Part shown: piece after piece, positions 10,338-19,420 of the stretch
Position numbering within the stretch: position 1 is the first letter of the stretch
How the letters are laid out: every line of letters starts with the position of its first letter
From: Thermoplasmata archaeon
GTDB taxonomy: Archaea; Thermoplasmatota; Thermoplasmata; RBG-16-68-12; JAFNFQ01
Reading direction: 5' to 3'
DNA length: 44,258 nucleotides
Assembly: GCA_041489255.1 (NCBI GenBank)
Contig: JBGPQV010000022.1
Coordinates: 1-44,258, forward strand
The notes under the pieces: generated by a model
Database searches by the model: none
What the model saw: the letters and a program-made list of their open reading frames with translations, nothing else
What the model was told of the DNA's origin: nothing
Made by a program: the position numbers and the translations under genes

Positions 10338-10919
10338 TTAGAAGAAATCCTTCACGATTCGGAAGCTACCGCCCTCGTACTCCACCACCGCCGTTCCCGC
10401 GTTTCTGATCCGCCTCTTGTACTCGATGTCAGGCCTTTCTCCGCGGACAGAGGCGAGGAACATCGTGAAGATCATTCCGTGGCCGACGACCACCGCTTCC
10501 CCCTGTCGCATCTCGTCCACGACGCGCATCATCCCCCGCCTTATGCGCTCGGTCGCCTCGTTGATGCTCTCCCCCGTGTCGGGCTCCCTGTCCAGGTCGC
10601 GCCAGCACTCCTCCTCCCGCCTCAGGTACTCCTCCTCGGTGATGTTCTCGAAGGTGGGGGACCACTCCCTGAGGTCGGCGAGGGCGCGGAGGTGGGTGCC
10701 GAAGGATTCGCAGAGGATCATCGCGGACTGCAGGGCGCGCGGCAGGGTGCTGGAGAAGACCTGTGCCGGCCTCTCGCAGGGCCAGTGCGAAGCGAGCTCG
10801 CGCATCTGAGCCTTCCCCTCGTCGGAGAGCACCGCCTCGTTGAAGGCGACGACACCGGGGTGGATGATGTCGCCGTGACGGACGAGGACTAGGCGAAGCA
10901 TGCGGTCATTGTTCCTCAA
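10338..10919 (-). CDS. Histidine phosphatase family protein
   Basis: LVRHG, SSTLPRALQSA, LRE, GES and VVGHG motifs. The start may be the ATG at 10901. Confidence 0.9.
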   Translation of the reverse strand: MRNNDRMLRLVLVRHGDIIHPGVVAFNEAVLSDEGKAQMRELASHWPCERPAQVFSSTLPRALQSAMILCESFGTHLRALADLREWSPTFENITEEEYLRREEECWRDLDREPDTGESINEATERIRRGMMRVVDEMRQGEAVVVGHGMIFTMFLASVRGERPDIEYKRRIRNAGTAVVEYEGGSFRIVKDFF

Positions 10920-10982
10920 CTTCAGACTCCTCTAGCGAGCATTGGGGAATTCTCGATCCTCCGCGTCTCTCCTCTTGGAATC

Positions 10983-11474
10983 CTATTTGAAACCTTCTTC
11001 GAACTTCTTGCCGAAATCCTTCCCGAATTCTTCCATCTGACCTTTGTACTTCATGCCCCAGGAAGCCCATAAAGCGCCAAGTATCCCACCGCTAATGAGA
11101 AGGACCACCACGATAATCGCGAGATACTGCCAGAAGCCGAAATCCGTCCATAGGAACCAGAAGGCATAGGTCAGGAATATCAGGAGGGCGAGCGGATAGA
11201 TGATCGAGACCGCTATCCTCAATTTGAATCCCTTGACCTTGAACATCTCCCAGTCCTTCTTCGACATCATCCGGAGAGACCAGAACGCCCAGAGCCCGCC
11301 GAGCAGGAGAACCACGACCAGGAGGGACAGGATGACTATCGCGACCTTCTCGTTCGTCCTGAAGCTTTCCGAGAAGAAGGCCAGGAAGAGGATGAAGAAC
11401 ACCAGCCATCCGATCACAACGGCCCCTGAGAAGCCTGCCTTCAGCGGTCCATGTCTGAATTCCTTTTCGTCCAT
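10983..11474 (-). CDS. Four-TM membrane protein with two internal repeats
   Basis: Four hydrophobic helices; the GGLWAFWS and GALWASWG halves are similar. Confidence 0.8.
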   Translation of the reverse strand: MDEKEFRHGPLKAGFSGAVVIGWLVFFILFLAFFSESFRTNEKVAIVILSLLVVVLLLGGLWAFWSLRMMSKKDWEMFKVKGFKLRIAVSIIYPLALLIFLTYAFWFLWTDFGFWQYLAIIVVVLLISGGILGALWASWGMKYKGQMEEFGKDFGKKFEEGFK

Positions 11475-11543
11475 AACGACAGCTCGAATCCCTCAAGACG
11501 AACCGTGGTATTTAGGATTTATTGACAGATCTCGCAACACGCC

Positions 11544-11657
11544 GAGCGACGGTTCCACCTGCGGACTGAGGCGAGGAAGTGGGGGTGGTACAGGTACTTG
11601 CTCAGGATCCCCCGGTTCGGGAGGATCATGTGGATTGTGCATTACAGGTTGAATTGA
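11544..11657 (+). pseudogene. 3' remnant of a probable LCM-type/class I O-methyltransferase gene
   Basis: Reads ERRFHLRTEARKWGWYRYLLRIPRFGRIMWIVHYRLN* and shares GCG(A/G)CGGTTCCACCT (RRFHL) with the relic at 22358..22493. The family call is recalled from the W-x-VHYRL ending and is unverified. Confidence 0.45.
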
Positions 11658-11716
11658 CGGCGAACCTGTCAGGATCGCCCGCCTTGGATGCACAACGGCA
11701 GGCGGGTTGTTCGCAT

Positions 11717-12061
11717 TCAGGCCCTTCGCCGGGGCTTGTTGACTACGACAGCCTCCTCGTGTTCCTCCGGGGTAGAGATTCCGGCCTCAGACATCGCTTT
11801 CGAGAGTTCGCTGTCGAACCGGAGAAGACCACGGACCAGGAGAGAGCGCATGTTGAGCGCATACGTCTCGACTCCCCCGCGGCTCTTCCCCGGCCTTATC
11901 AGGCCCAGCGCGGAGAGCCTTCCCCAGAGGCTGTACAGCGTCGGGCGGGAGATGCCCGCGCCCTCCGCAATCTCGCTCTTGTTGAACTCCGTCCCCGGCT
12001 CGTCCAGGAGGAAATCCACCACCCTGACCAGCTCGCTGGAAGTGAACAGGTCCTTCAGCAT
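11717..12061 (-). CDS. Winged-helix HTH protein
   Basis: VRVVDFLL...FNKSEIAEGAGISRPTLY...YALN, an archaeal wHTH pattern. Confidence 0.85.
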   Translation of the reverse strand: MLKDLFTSSELVRVVDFLLDEPGTEFNKSEIAEGAGISRPTLYSLWGRLSALGLIRPGKSRGGVETYALNMRSLLVRGLLRFDSELSKAMSEAGISTPEEHEEAVVVNKPRRRA

Positions 12062-12093
12062 GCTTCTTGCCCCCAATCATCTACTTCTCTTAT

Positions 12094-12114
12094 CGTGTAA
12101 ATGATATTTACACG
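12094..12114. promoter_or_regulatory. Perfect palindromic operator upstream of the wHTH gene
   Basis: CGTGTAAAT-GAT-ATTTACACG, with 9-bp perfect arms. Confidence 0.7.
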
Positions 12115-12140
12115 GTATTACTTATTCATTTCGGGCGAAT

Positions 12141-12330
12141 TGAGGGCGTCTGCCCCGATCACGATGCCTCCGACCTTCCCGCCAATCCTCATGAGCATCG
12201 CCTGGCGATGGAGGAGCAGCATCTTCAGGAATCTTGCGCTCTCGCTCTCGTCCACGACCGGGAAAGGCGGGCGCATGAAGTCCTTCACGGGCCTGTTCGC
12301 CATCTCGGCGTAGTCCTCTCCCCCCGCCAT
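12141..12330 (-). repeat. CBS-gene 3'-fragment repeat, copy R1
   Basis: Translates AGGEDYAEMANRPVKDFMRPPFPVVDESESARFLKMLLLHRQAMLMRIGGKVGGIVIGADAL; begins at the stop codon of the upstream gene. Confidence 0.95.
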
Positions 12331-12854
12331 CAACTGAAGAAGCGGTGAAGAGCAAGACGCAAGTGATACTCGAAATCCTCAACGTTGCCAAGGTATTCTA
12401 TCTGAGCTGCCCTTTTCTTCACTTCGGATTTCATGAGTCTGAAGATGCGAATGCATTCCTGGATGTCTTGGATGTCACGCTCGTCCAGCCTGCCAATCTT
12501 GGTGACGACAATATCCAGAGGATCCAGAGCTCTGAGTTCGATGTTCCTGAATTCTTTCATCTTCTTGCTTTTCGTCAGATAATCAGGGGGGAGGCATTGA
12601 GAGAAGACCCGACCATCCGCCCATGTATCGATCTTCATCCCATGGGGAATGGTCTTATGGACGCGGTCGAACAGAGCGATGTCCTCCCTTGGTCCGGTGA
12701 AGTCGATGTCCAGCGTCGAGGGTTTTGCATCTAGCAGAGTCATTGCAGTGCCGCCAACCGCCACCAGCGTGATTTGACGAGGCATCTCTCGGTCAATCAG
12801 CTCCAGGAAATCAAGGAGCCGCGATTTGTCTATCTTGTCAATGGGCGAGGGCAT
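12330..12854 (-). CDS. DUF6036-like nucleotidyltransferase (AbiEii/MenT-like toxin candidate)
   Basis: VAVGGTAM...STLDIDF and LDIVVTKIGR..RDIQDI motifs. Confidence 0.8.
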   Translation of the reverse strand: MPSPIDKIDKSRLLDFLELIDREMPRQITLVAVGGTAMTLLDAKPSTLDIDFTGPREDIALFDRVHKTIPHGMKIDTWADGRVFSQCLPPDYLTKSKKMKEFRNIELRALDPLDIVVTKIGRLDERDIQDIQECIRIFRLMKSEVKKRAAQIEYLGNVEDFEYHLRLALHRFFS

Positions 12855-13887
12855 TGTAGGTCCTCATGGTCTTCTCAATGCTTGCATCGTTCACTTTCAC
12901 TTCTCTCACATTAGATTTCTCCAAGAAGCGCAAGGCCCTGCGCAGATCGTCATCTTCTTTGTGCTTAGCCAGGGCGCTCAACAGCCCGTATAGCTCGCCC
13001 TGCAACCCATGCTTCCTAGCGAGGAATAGGAGCAGCGAGTAAATCGCTTTGTTCTTTGCGAGGATGACCGGGATCGCCTGGATTCGCCTCGCATTCCCAT
13101 TCAGGAGCAAAGCGATGACGATGTACTCGATTCCGATGTCCCCGCCTTCCCCTATCCTGGTTCCGAATTCCGTGTATCCGAACCTTGCGAGGTTGTGGAT
13201 GAGATCCTCTTCCGAAATCTTGGCGGGGATTGTCTCATCGCTGTCGAAGTGAATGCGGATGCCATGGGCCCAAGCGTTCCTGATTCTGTTCCAGAGGAGG
13301 TCCGAAGCCTGCATGGCGACGTGTCTGGACAGCATCTCTTTGAGCTGATTCCTGTCTCGCGCCGCCAGGAGCGCACGGAATTCCGCTTCATCTAGCATGA
13401 GGGGGTCAATCCTGATATTCAACCTGCCCTCGATCTCGCGAAGCTTCCTGAAGATGTCCTCGCTGAGACGTGCGTCGCTCGGGCAGTCCGGGAGCTGGAT
13501 GAGGAGCTCCGCGCGGTTCAGCTTGACATTCCTCTCCGCGTCTATCAAAGAGGCCTGGCATGTCGGCAATTCAGTGGAAATAGACTCGAGGAGGCGCCGC
13601 AGGTCCTTCCATTTCGCCACCAGGATGCGCTTCCGGCGGATCTCCATCTCCGTGAGCGCGTCTATCGTCTGCATATTGCCGATATTCAGGGAGACAAGCG
13701 AGGAATTTCCTGTCCGTTCTATTTCGATTATTCCTTCCTCGTGCATCCGCTGGAGCGAGTTGTAGATGTTGGGGTAATGGGCGGTCCCGTGCAGTCGATG
13801 GATGTCCCGGGTGAGCGCACTTATCGAGATTCTCTCGTCGGGGTCCCTCGAAAGGGCGTCTATGATCTTGAATTCCGTTTCATCCAT
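12838..13887 (-). CDS. wHTH-containing partner (antitoxin-like) of the nucleotidyltransferase
   Basis: N-terminal wHTH (ISISALTRDI..HYPNIYNSLQRM..EGII..GNS); overlaps the downstream NTase gene. Confidence 0.75.
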   Translation of the reverse strand: MDETEFKIIDALSRDPDERISISALTRDIHRLHGTAHYPNIYNSLQRMHEEGIIEIERTGNSSLVSLNIGNMQTIDALTEMEIRRKRILVAKWKDLRRLLESISTELPTCQASLIDAERNVKLNRAELLIQLPDCPSDARLSEDIFRKLREIEGRLNIRIDPLMLDEAEFRALLAARDRNQLKEMLSRHVAMQASDLLWNRIRNAWAHGIRIHFDSDETIPAKISEEDLIHNLARFGYTEFGTRIGEGGDIGIEYIVIALLLNGNARRIQAIPVILAKNKAIYSLLLFLARKHGLQGELYGLLSALAKHKEDDDLRRALRFLEKSNVREVKVNDASIEKTMRTYNALAH

Positions 13888-13920
13888 GTGAGATGCCTCT
13901 ATTTTCAGATTCTTGGCTTC

Positions 13921-13960
13921 TATAGCCTTTCAGCTATATGTCTATAGCTTTCAGGCTATA
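13921..13960. promoter_or_regulatory. Tandem palindromic operators
   Basis: TATAGC-N6-GCTATA occurs twice (13921..13938 and 13943..13960), just upstream of the wHTH/NTase operon. Confidence 0.75.
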
Positions 13961-14037
13961 AATGCTTTTCCACAATCCTATTCATAATGATCCGGGTGGA
14001 TTCCGATTTGGGGATCCCGGGGAAAGGGTGCATCGCC

Positions 14038-14814
14038 TCATGAAATGGCATAGGTCGCGTCGAGGTCAACGAGCATGCTACTCCAGCCGTCCACCGTTAT
14101 CCCATACCCTGTCAAGGAGATGATTCCGTTGTTCGTCGAGGAGGGCTCGTGGGACTCGGGCCAGATGAGGCTCTCAGCCGTCCTCTTGGTCCACCAATGC
14201 CTATCGAATTCCAAGTGGACGGTGAGCCCCGGCGCATCCGACCATGCCCAGGCCGTCCCCGAGGCGCGGCCGGTTTCCATGCTGCAGATGACGCTCCTCT
14301 CCTCGTCGAGCGTTGTCATGCTGGTGAGCGCGCAGCCGTCGGAGATGCGGTCGGGCGAGTTGCGCAGCGCATCGTAGTGCCAACGGAGGTTGAGGGCGAA
14401 CGGACCGTTGGAGCGTATCCTCAGCCCAGGGCCATTTGCCGTGTCCACGACATCCAGATCCCCCAGCTGCGCGTCCTCGAAGTCCACACCGGACACGACA
14501 CTCCCGCTGTCCACGATAGGTATCGGCACGAACAGCGTGAAATTCCTTGTGACGCTGGTCACCCTGACGCGGTAGCTATAGGAGTATTCCCGCCCGGAGG
14601 GCAGCCCTGACACTTGCGCGTGATCCGCGTAGACCCAGATAGGGATGACGAACGCGACGACGATGAGGATTACGATCAGGACCTTCTCTTTCTTGGTCGA
14701 CTGCCTCCTCCCGCCACTGGCGGATTCGGTCTGCTTCGCACCAGGGCCTCCCCCCGCCATGGGCTTTGGCGTGGCGTCGGTGGCGGATCCGGTCGGCTCA
14801 TCTTCCGATTTCAT
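14038..14814 (-). CDS. Hypothetical single-TM membrane protein
   Basis: 258-aa ORF, KKEK followed by a hydrophobic helix and a beta-rich domain. Confidence 0.7.
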   Translation of the reverse strand: MKSEDEPTGSATDATPKPMAGGGPGAKQTESASGGRRQSTKKEKVLIVILIVVAFVIPIWVYADHAQVSGLPSGREYSYSYRVRVTSVTRNFTLFVPIPIVDSGSVVSGVDFEDAQLGDLDVVDTANGPGLRIRSNGPFALNLRWHYDALRNSPDRISDGCALTSMTTLDEERSVICSMETGRASGTAWAWSDAPGLTVHLEFDRHWWTKRTAESLIWPESHEPSSTNNGIISLTGYGITVDGWSSMLVDLDATYAIS

Positions 14815-14826
14815 CGATTCATCCCC

Positions 14827-15222
14827 TCATGAGTACGGCATGTAGATGAACACCCTCGCATCATCTGGGTCCAGCAATCCGAAGGACTTCTGCCACGTCG
14901 TATTGAGGTGGCCGCCGCCGCTTGCGAGCATCCCCAGCCGAAGCTCGAATTCCTCTTGGTGGCCTCCATATGTGAAGACGACAAAACGGATGACCGGGAG
15001 CCCGTCGACCGGCCCGTAATTCGTGATGCCCAGGAGGACTGTGATGTTGCCGGGCCCGGGCGCAGTCGAAGGGCTGTCCATGACAATCGAGTAGGAGTGG
15101 TCGAGGGTGTAGCGGGCGCGCAAGCTTGTGCCTAGTCCCGCGGAGACGATGATAAATTCGAAGACGATAAACACCGCCAGGAAGGTTATGATGAGGCTCG
15201 CTTCGCCACGTCTCTCCATCAT
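14827..15222 (-). CDS. Hypothetical protein with N-terminal TM/signal helix
   Basis: 131 aa; hydrophobic N-terminus, then an Ig-like stretch (ITVLLGITNYG). Confidence 0.65.
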   Translation of the reverse strand: MMERRGEASLIITFLAVFIVFEFIIVSAGLGTSLRARYTLDHSYSIVMDSPSTAPGPGNITVLLGITNYGPVDGLPVIRFVVFTYGGHQEEFELRLGMLASGGGHLNTTWQKSFGLLDPDDARVFIYMPYS

Positions 15223-15306
15223 TCTTCAGCTCCCTATAGTCGTCTGCAGCGTGGAGGTCGATTATGAATATTGCGGAAGCAGGGAGCGCGCTGCGCGGTC
15301 TGGATT

Positions 15307-15464
15307 TCGCGCGTTTCTGGCCCGCGTCTTCCTAAGTCCAGGACATCCGCCCATGTCACGATGCCCCCGACCTTCCCGCCGATCCTCACGAGCACGGCCT
15401 GGCGGTGGAGGAGCGGCATCTTCAGGATCCCGGCACTCTCGCTCTCGTCCACGACCGGGATAGG
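15307..15464 (-). repeat. CBS-gene 3'-fragment repeat, copy R2
   Basis: Translates PIPVVDESESAGILKMPLLHRQAVLVRIGGKVGGIVTWADVLDL. Confidence 0.95.
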
Positions 15465-15591
15465 AAGGCGCGAGAAGGCTTTCCGTCGGTTCTGTCCACG
15501 GCGATAATAAGCCACATGTCCGTTGCCCATTAATATGACGAACGAAAGCAGATGTATCCGTTACCTATAAGTATAATGAACAAAATGTGAT

Positions 15592-16209
15592 ATGTCGATG
15601 AATGTGGACAAGCAGGCTGACTTCCTCCCTTCCACGTACGGGGACAAGGTCGATCGGATCTACAGGGTCCTCCTGAGCCGCAAGATCAAGAAGATGACCT
15701 GGTACAGGGTCGCGAAGGAAGCGGGGGTCGGATACAGCTGGGCCTACAGGGTGCTCAAGGACCTGGAGAAAGGCCACATCATCAAGGGTTCCGAGATCAA
15801 GAACCCGAAGGCTTTATTCAGACGCTGGGCCGGCCGGGACGACAGGAGGGTATACCGTGAGTACAACATTCAGGACCCGGCCAAGGTGCTGAAGAAGGCC
15901 AAGATGGACTATGCATTCACTGGCTACTTCGCGGAGAACCTGGTCGGGCACTACATGTTCCCGCGGTTCTTCGAACTGTACATCCACAGTGAGGACGCAG
16001 CCAGATGGCACAGGTCTCTGTCAGAGAGCGGCTACGTGGGGAAGGGGAACGTCCAGATCATGCTGGCCGACGAGCACGTCTTCTTCGAGAGGGGGAAGGT
16101 GGACGGCTGGCCAGTCGTGTCTGTCCAGCAGCTCATCGTCGACCTGTATCGCACTGGAGCGGAGTGCGCCGAGGCGGCCGACCTCCTCGTGGAGAAGGAT
16201 TACCGATGA
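15592..16209 (+). CDS. HTH + AbiEi-like antitoxin candidate
   Basis: HTH (WYRVAKEAGVGYSWAYRVLKDLE), YAFTGYFA, and a PVVSVQQLIVDLY...EAA ending typical of type IV TA antitoxins. Confidence 0.8.
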   Translation: MSMNVDKQADFLPSTYGDKVDRIYRVLLSRKIKKMTWYRVAKEAGVGYSWAYRVLKDLEKGHIIKGSEIKNPKALFRRWAGRDDRRVYREYNIQDPAKVLKKAKMDYAFTGYFAENLVGHYMFPRFFELYIHSEDAARWHRSLSESGYVGKGNVQIMLADEHVFFERGKVDGWPVVSVQQLIVDLYRTGAECAEAADLLVEKDYR

Positions 16210-17009
16210 CCGAGGAGCTGTACGACACGCAGGAGACGCGGATCGCGCTTGAAGCGCTCGGCGCGCTCTCGGCGGCCCTCCCGGAGCCGTTCGTGGTCCT
16301 GGGTGGGTGGGCCGTGTACCTCACGGTGCTCGAGTCATACCGGCGGGAGCATGGCGCCCCATACCTCGGGTCAAGGGACGTGGACGTCGGCTTCCACGTG
16401 GACCCCGCCATGAGCGTGGATGCCCTGAGGACAAGCACGTTCTCGAAGGCGATCGAAATCGTGAGAGGCCTTGGCTACGTCCCGATCGGATCCTTCCGTT
16501 ACTGCAAGTTCATCCACAAGGGGACCGGCGAGGTCCTGACGGAGGAACAGGCGAAGAGCGTCTCCATGATCGACCTGTTCTATGTCTACGTGGACATGAT
16601 GGTGGACCGGATACATCCACAGCACGACCGGGTGTTCAAGGTGAAAGCGCTTGACGAGCCGGTGTTGGGACGGGTGTTCGACGAACGGTGCGGCGTGAGC
16701 GCACGCCTTGGCGACGTCTCGGTCGTCATGCCCTCGCCGCATCTGCTGCTCGCGTCGAAATTGAGGTCGATCCCTGCCCGGCAGAAGGGCGACAAGATAC
16801 TCAAGGACGCATGCGACATCTACGCTGTTATCTGGCACTCGCCGGTGAGCTACGACAGGATACTCTCAGCGGTGCGCGGGGAGTATCCCCGGGAATGTGC
16901 GGCCGCTCTGGCGGCCATCAGCGACGAGATTGCCGAGCGTGCGGCCAGACATCTCGGGGTCGAGTTGGAGGCGTACCTCGGCGTGGTCCGGAAGCTGCAG
17001 ACCGGTTGA
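16206..17009 (+). CDS. Nucleotidyltransferase, AbiEii-like toxin candidate
   Basis: VVLGGWAV..GSRDVDVG, LLLASKL and KILKDACDI motifs; true start MTEELY at 16206 (ATGA overlap). Confidence 0.85.
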   Translation: MTEELYDTQETRIALEALGALSAALPEPFVVLGGWAVYLTVLESYRREHGAPYLGSRDVDVGFHVDPAMSVDALRTSTFSKAIEIVRGLGYVPIGSFRYCKFIHKGTGEVLTEEQAKSVSMIDLFYVYVDMMVDRIHPQHDRVFKVKALDEPVLGRVFDERCGVSARLGDVSVVMPSPHLLLASKLRSIPARQKGDKILKDACDIYAVIWHSPVSYDRILSAVRGEYPRECAAALAAISDEIAERAARHLGVELEAYLGVVRKLQTG

Positions 17010-17322
17010 ACCCCGGGAATCCGAGCGAAAGCCTCCCGCTGGAAGGCATGGCGGGAGCGTCTCAGAACCACCGAGCGATTTCCTCCATCGTCCTGCCGAT
17101 GTCTCCTCTCGAGGATCGTGCCAGCCAGGCGACGAGACTGATTGGCGGATTGACTGCAGAAGCATTCGGGACAACTCGCGGAACTCAGCAACTTGCAGCG
17201 ATGCCATGGAGTTTCACCGCCGCGGCGGTTAGATATATGCCGAGGCCGATTATCTGACGGTCGGCGACAGGGGAATCCCGCGATGTACCACCGAACGTCA
17301 TCGGGCCACCGGATGTGAGAGA

Positions 17323-18210
17323 TTGCAGTTGCCAGCCAGAGATGTCGACCTGTTCTACGACCTCTACTTCCCATTCCTGGCCTACGCGAACGAGAAGACA
17401 CACGCGCTCCCGGGACAGTCATTGCCTGAGAAGCCGAAGCGAATGTACATGGAAGACGCCAGCGCAATCCGCGACCGTCTCTATGAGCGGCCGGAACTGA
17501 TAGACTCGTACATCTCCGAGAACCCGCATCGCCTCGGACAGGCCCATCTCGACATCGTCAGGAGCTGGAGGGGCTACGTGAAGGGCAGGTTCGTTGTCAT
17601 GCGCCACCTGAAGGAGCACACAGTTTTCCTGTCGACCGAAGGGCAGCAGATGGCCTTCGGCATCCTCGGGTTGAGAAAACCCCTTGAAGCGATTCTCGGC
17701 CAGCGTCTGCCGGTGTTGGTCGATGCGGTGCTCCTGCCCTTCCGCGACCGCATAGTCTACGACGGCATCTTGCATCCTTACAGCGTCCTCTTTGGCGCGG
17801 GCATCAGGCGCGAGATGAAGGAGGGGTACGAGATGGCGGTGGCTAAGTACGGGATCGTCACGTCTCTCCCCGTCCCGGGCGAGGCCAGAGACCTGGAGGA
17901 CGCCGAGAGGCTGAAGCTGTACCTCAGGGACGAGCACAGCAGGGAGAGGTACGCGGAGGACATAGAGAGGCTCGTCAGGAAGAGCCCGGATCTCCTCGCG
18001 ATATACTACAGGGAGATGGGCAAGGTCCACGCCAGGCGGCTTGGGAAGGAGCTGAGGTCGCTCGGGATATCGGACGCGTGGTTTGGGGTGATCGGGGATA
18101 TGGTCGTGGCCAGTGGGCCGTCTAAGGAAGACTTGGAGAGAACCTTGGAGCGCGTCCTCCCCGCGGACAGGCTCGGGCACGTCCACGTGTTCCGCGTGCG
18201 CGCCAGATAA
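17323..18210 (+). CDS. Hypothetical protein
   Basis: 295-aa ORF with coding-like codon usage and an LLPFRDRIVYDG motif; adjacent to the pRiA4b ORF-3-like gene. Confidence 0.75.
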   Translation: MQLPARDVDLFYDLYFPFLAYANEKTHALPGQSLPEKPKRMYMEDASAIRDRLYERPELIDSYISENPHRLGQAHLDIVRSWRGYVKGRFVVMRHLKEHTVFLSTEGQQMAFGILGLRKPLEAILGQRLPVLVDAVLLPFRDRIVYDGILHPYSVLFGAGIRREMKEGYEMAVAKYGIVTSLPVPGEARDLEDAERLKLYLRDEHSRERYAEDIERLVRKSPDLLAIYYREMGKVHARRLGKELRSLGISDAWFGVIGDMVVASGPSKEDLERTLERVLPADRLGHVHVFRVRAR

Positions 18211-18308
18211 CCGTCCGCGGACGGTCGTGGCGGGGTTCGCGCATCGCAGCACGATCGCCTCGGGTCGAGACGGTCTCTTCCGGCGAATGCACATCTCCGT
18301 CGTGGCGA

Positions 18309-19028
18309 GTGGTAAATACGAAGACGGAATTACAGTCGCCCATGAAGAGAAAGTTCACCCTTGGGGAGTGCGTGCTCTGTGGGTCGCGTCATGACAAGGC
18401 CGGCATGGGGCGGCATCTCGGATCGTGCTATCCGGGGCGTGGGCTGAAGACGGAAGCGCGGGCAGGGAGGAATCGCCGTTCATTCCTGCTCCTGGTCGAG
18501 GCGCGTCATCGGCCGCAATACTGGATGTACTTGGGCGTGCAGGGCAGGCAGACGCTTGGGGCCCTGGACACAGTCCTCAAGGACACCTGGCTCGAATGCT
18601 GTGGACACCTGAGCGCGTTCTCCATCGAGGGGGAGCAGTACGACGCGATGCCTGAAGACGAACCTGGCCTGAGGAGCATGGGATCCAGGCTCGACAGCGT
18701 TCTCGCTCCCGGCCTCAGGTTCTCCTACGAGTACGACTTCGGGTCGACGACGGAGCTTGCGCTGAGGGTGATTCTGTCACAGGAGGGCGATGACCCCCGG
18801 AATCCGATTCGCATCCTTGCCCGCAACGAGCCGCCTGAGATCGCCTGTGCCATATGCGGTGGTGCCGCCACCCAGGTCTGCCGACAGTGCTTCGATGAGG
18901 CGAATGGAAAGGCCTGGCTCTGCCATCGGTGCGTGAAGAGGCACGGGTGCAAGGATGCTGATACCGTCCCGTTGGTGAACTCACCGCGCACCGGGGTGTG
19001 TGGGTACATTGGGGGCCATGGAGACTAG
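18309..19028 (+). CDS. Plasmid pRiA4b ORF-3-like (IS1096 passenger TnpR-like) Cys-rich protein
   Basis: WLECCGHLSAF, YEYDFGSTTEL, ARNEPP, multiple CxxC and NSPRTGVCGY motifs. Confidence 0.85.
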   Translation: MVNTKTELQSPMKRKFTLGECVLCGSRHDKAGMGRHLGSCYPGRGLKTEARAGRNRRSFLLLVEARHRPQYWMYLGVQGRQTLGALDTVLKDTWLECCGHLSAFSIEGEQYDAMPEDEPGLRSMGSRLDSVLAPGLRFSYEYDFGSTTELALRVILSQEGDDPRNPIRILARNEPPEIACAICGGAATQVCRQCFDEANGKAWLCHRCVKRHGCKDADTVPLVNSPRTGVCGYIGGHGD

Positions 19029-19083
19029 ATCTCAAATCCTGGCGGCTCTCGCAGATATATGATCCCATCGGAGACGGGCGCGT

Positions 19084-19273
19084 GGCATTGACATCCAATT
19101 GACCTCTGGGTCGCTACCGTTCTTGGTCAGCGTATCGCGCGCTTCTGGCCTTCGCCTTCCTGAGGTCGAGGACGTCCGCCTAGGTCACGATGCCTCCGAC
19201 TTTCCCGCCGATCCTCACGAGCACGGCCTAGCGGTGGAGGAGGAGCATCTTCAGGATTCCGGCACCCTCGCTC
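19084..19273 (-). repeat. CBS-gene 3'-fragment repeat, copy R3 (two internal stops, includes 3' UTR)
   Basis: Translates GAGILKMLLLHR*AVLVRIGGKVGGIVT*ADVLDLRKAK. Similarity with R6 continues about 30 bp beyond the stop codon at 19114..19116. Confidence 0.95.
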
Positions 19274-19379
19274 AATCCTCGCCCGCAAAGAGTGCTTCCT
19301 AGAAGGGCTCCAGAGGATTCTATCAAACCAGCTCTCAGGGACCTCATCTGTCTGCGAAGAAATTAAGTACATGCGATAT

Positions 19380-19416
19380 GTTCACTATTTAGCGAACAAT
19401 CGATTAAGTAGTGAAC
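19380..19416. promoter_or_regulatory. Inverted-repeat operator upstream of the HTH gene at 19421
   Basis: GTTCACTA...TAGTGAAC, with an internal near-copy TAGCGAAC. Confidence 0.55.
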
Positions 19417-19420
19417 GGCC

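Noticed and set aside
8808-10470. Duplicated 3' ends as DGR template/variable repeats
   Set aside because: Differences are not restricted to adenines and are largely synonymous; no reverse transcriptase is in the window.
16005-16205. N-terminal extension of the nucleotidyltransferase in the ORF track
   Set aside because: It overlaps the upstream gene; the ATGA-coupled start at 16206 is more plausible.
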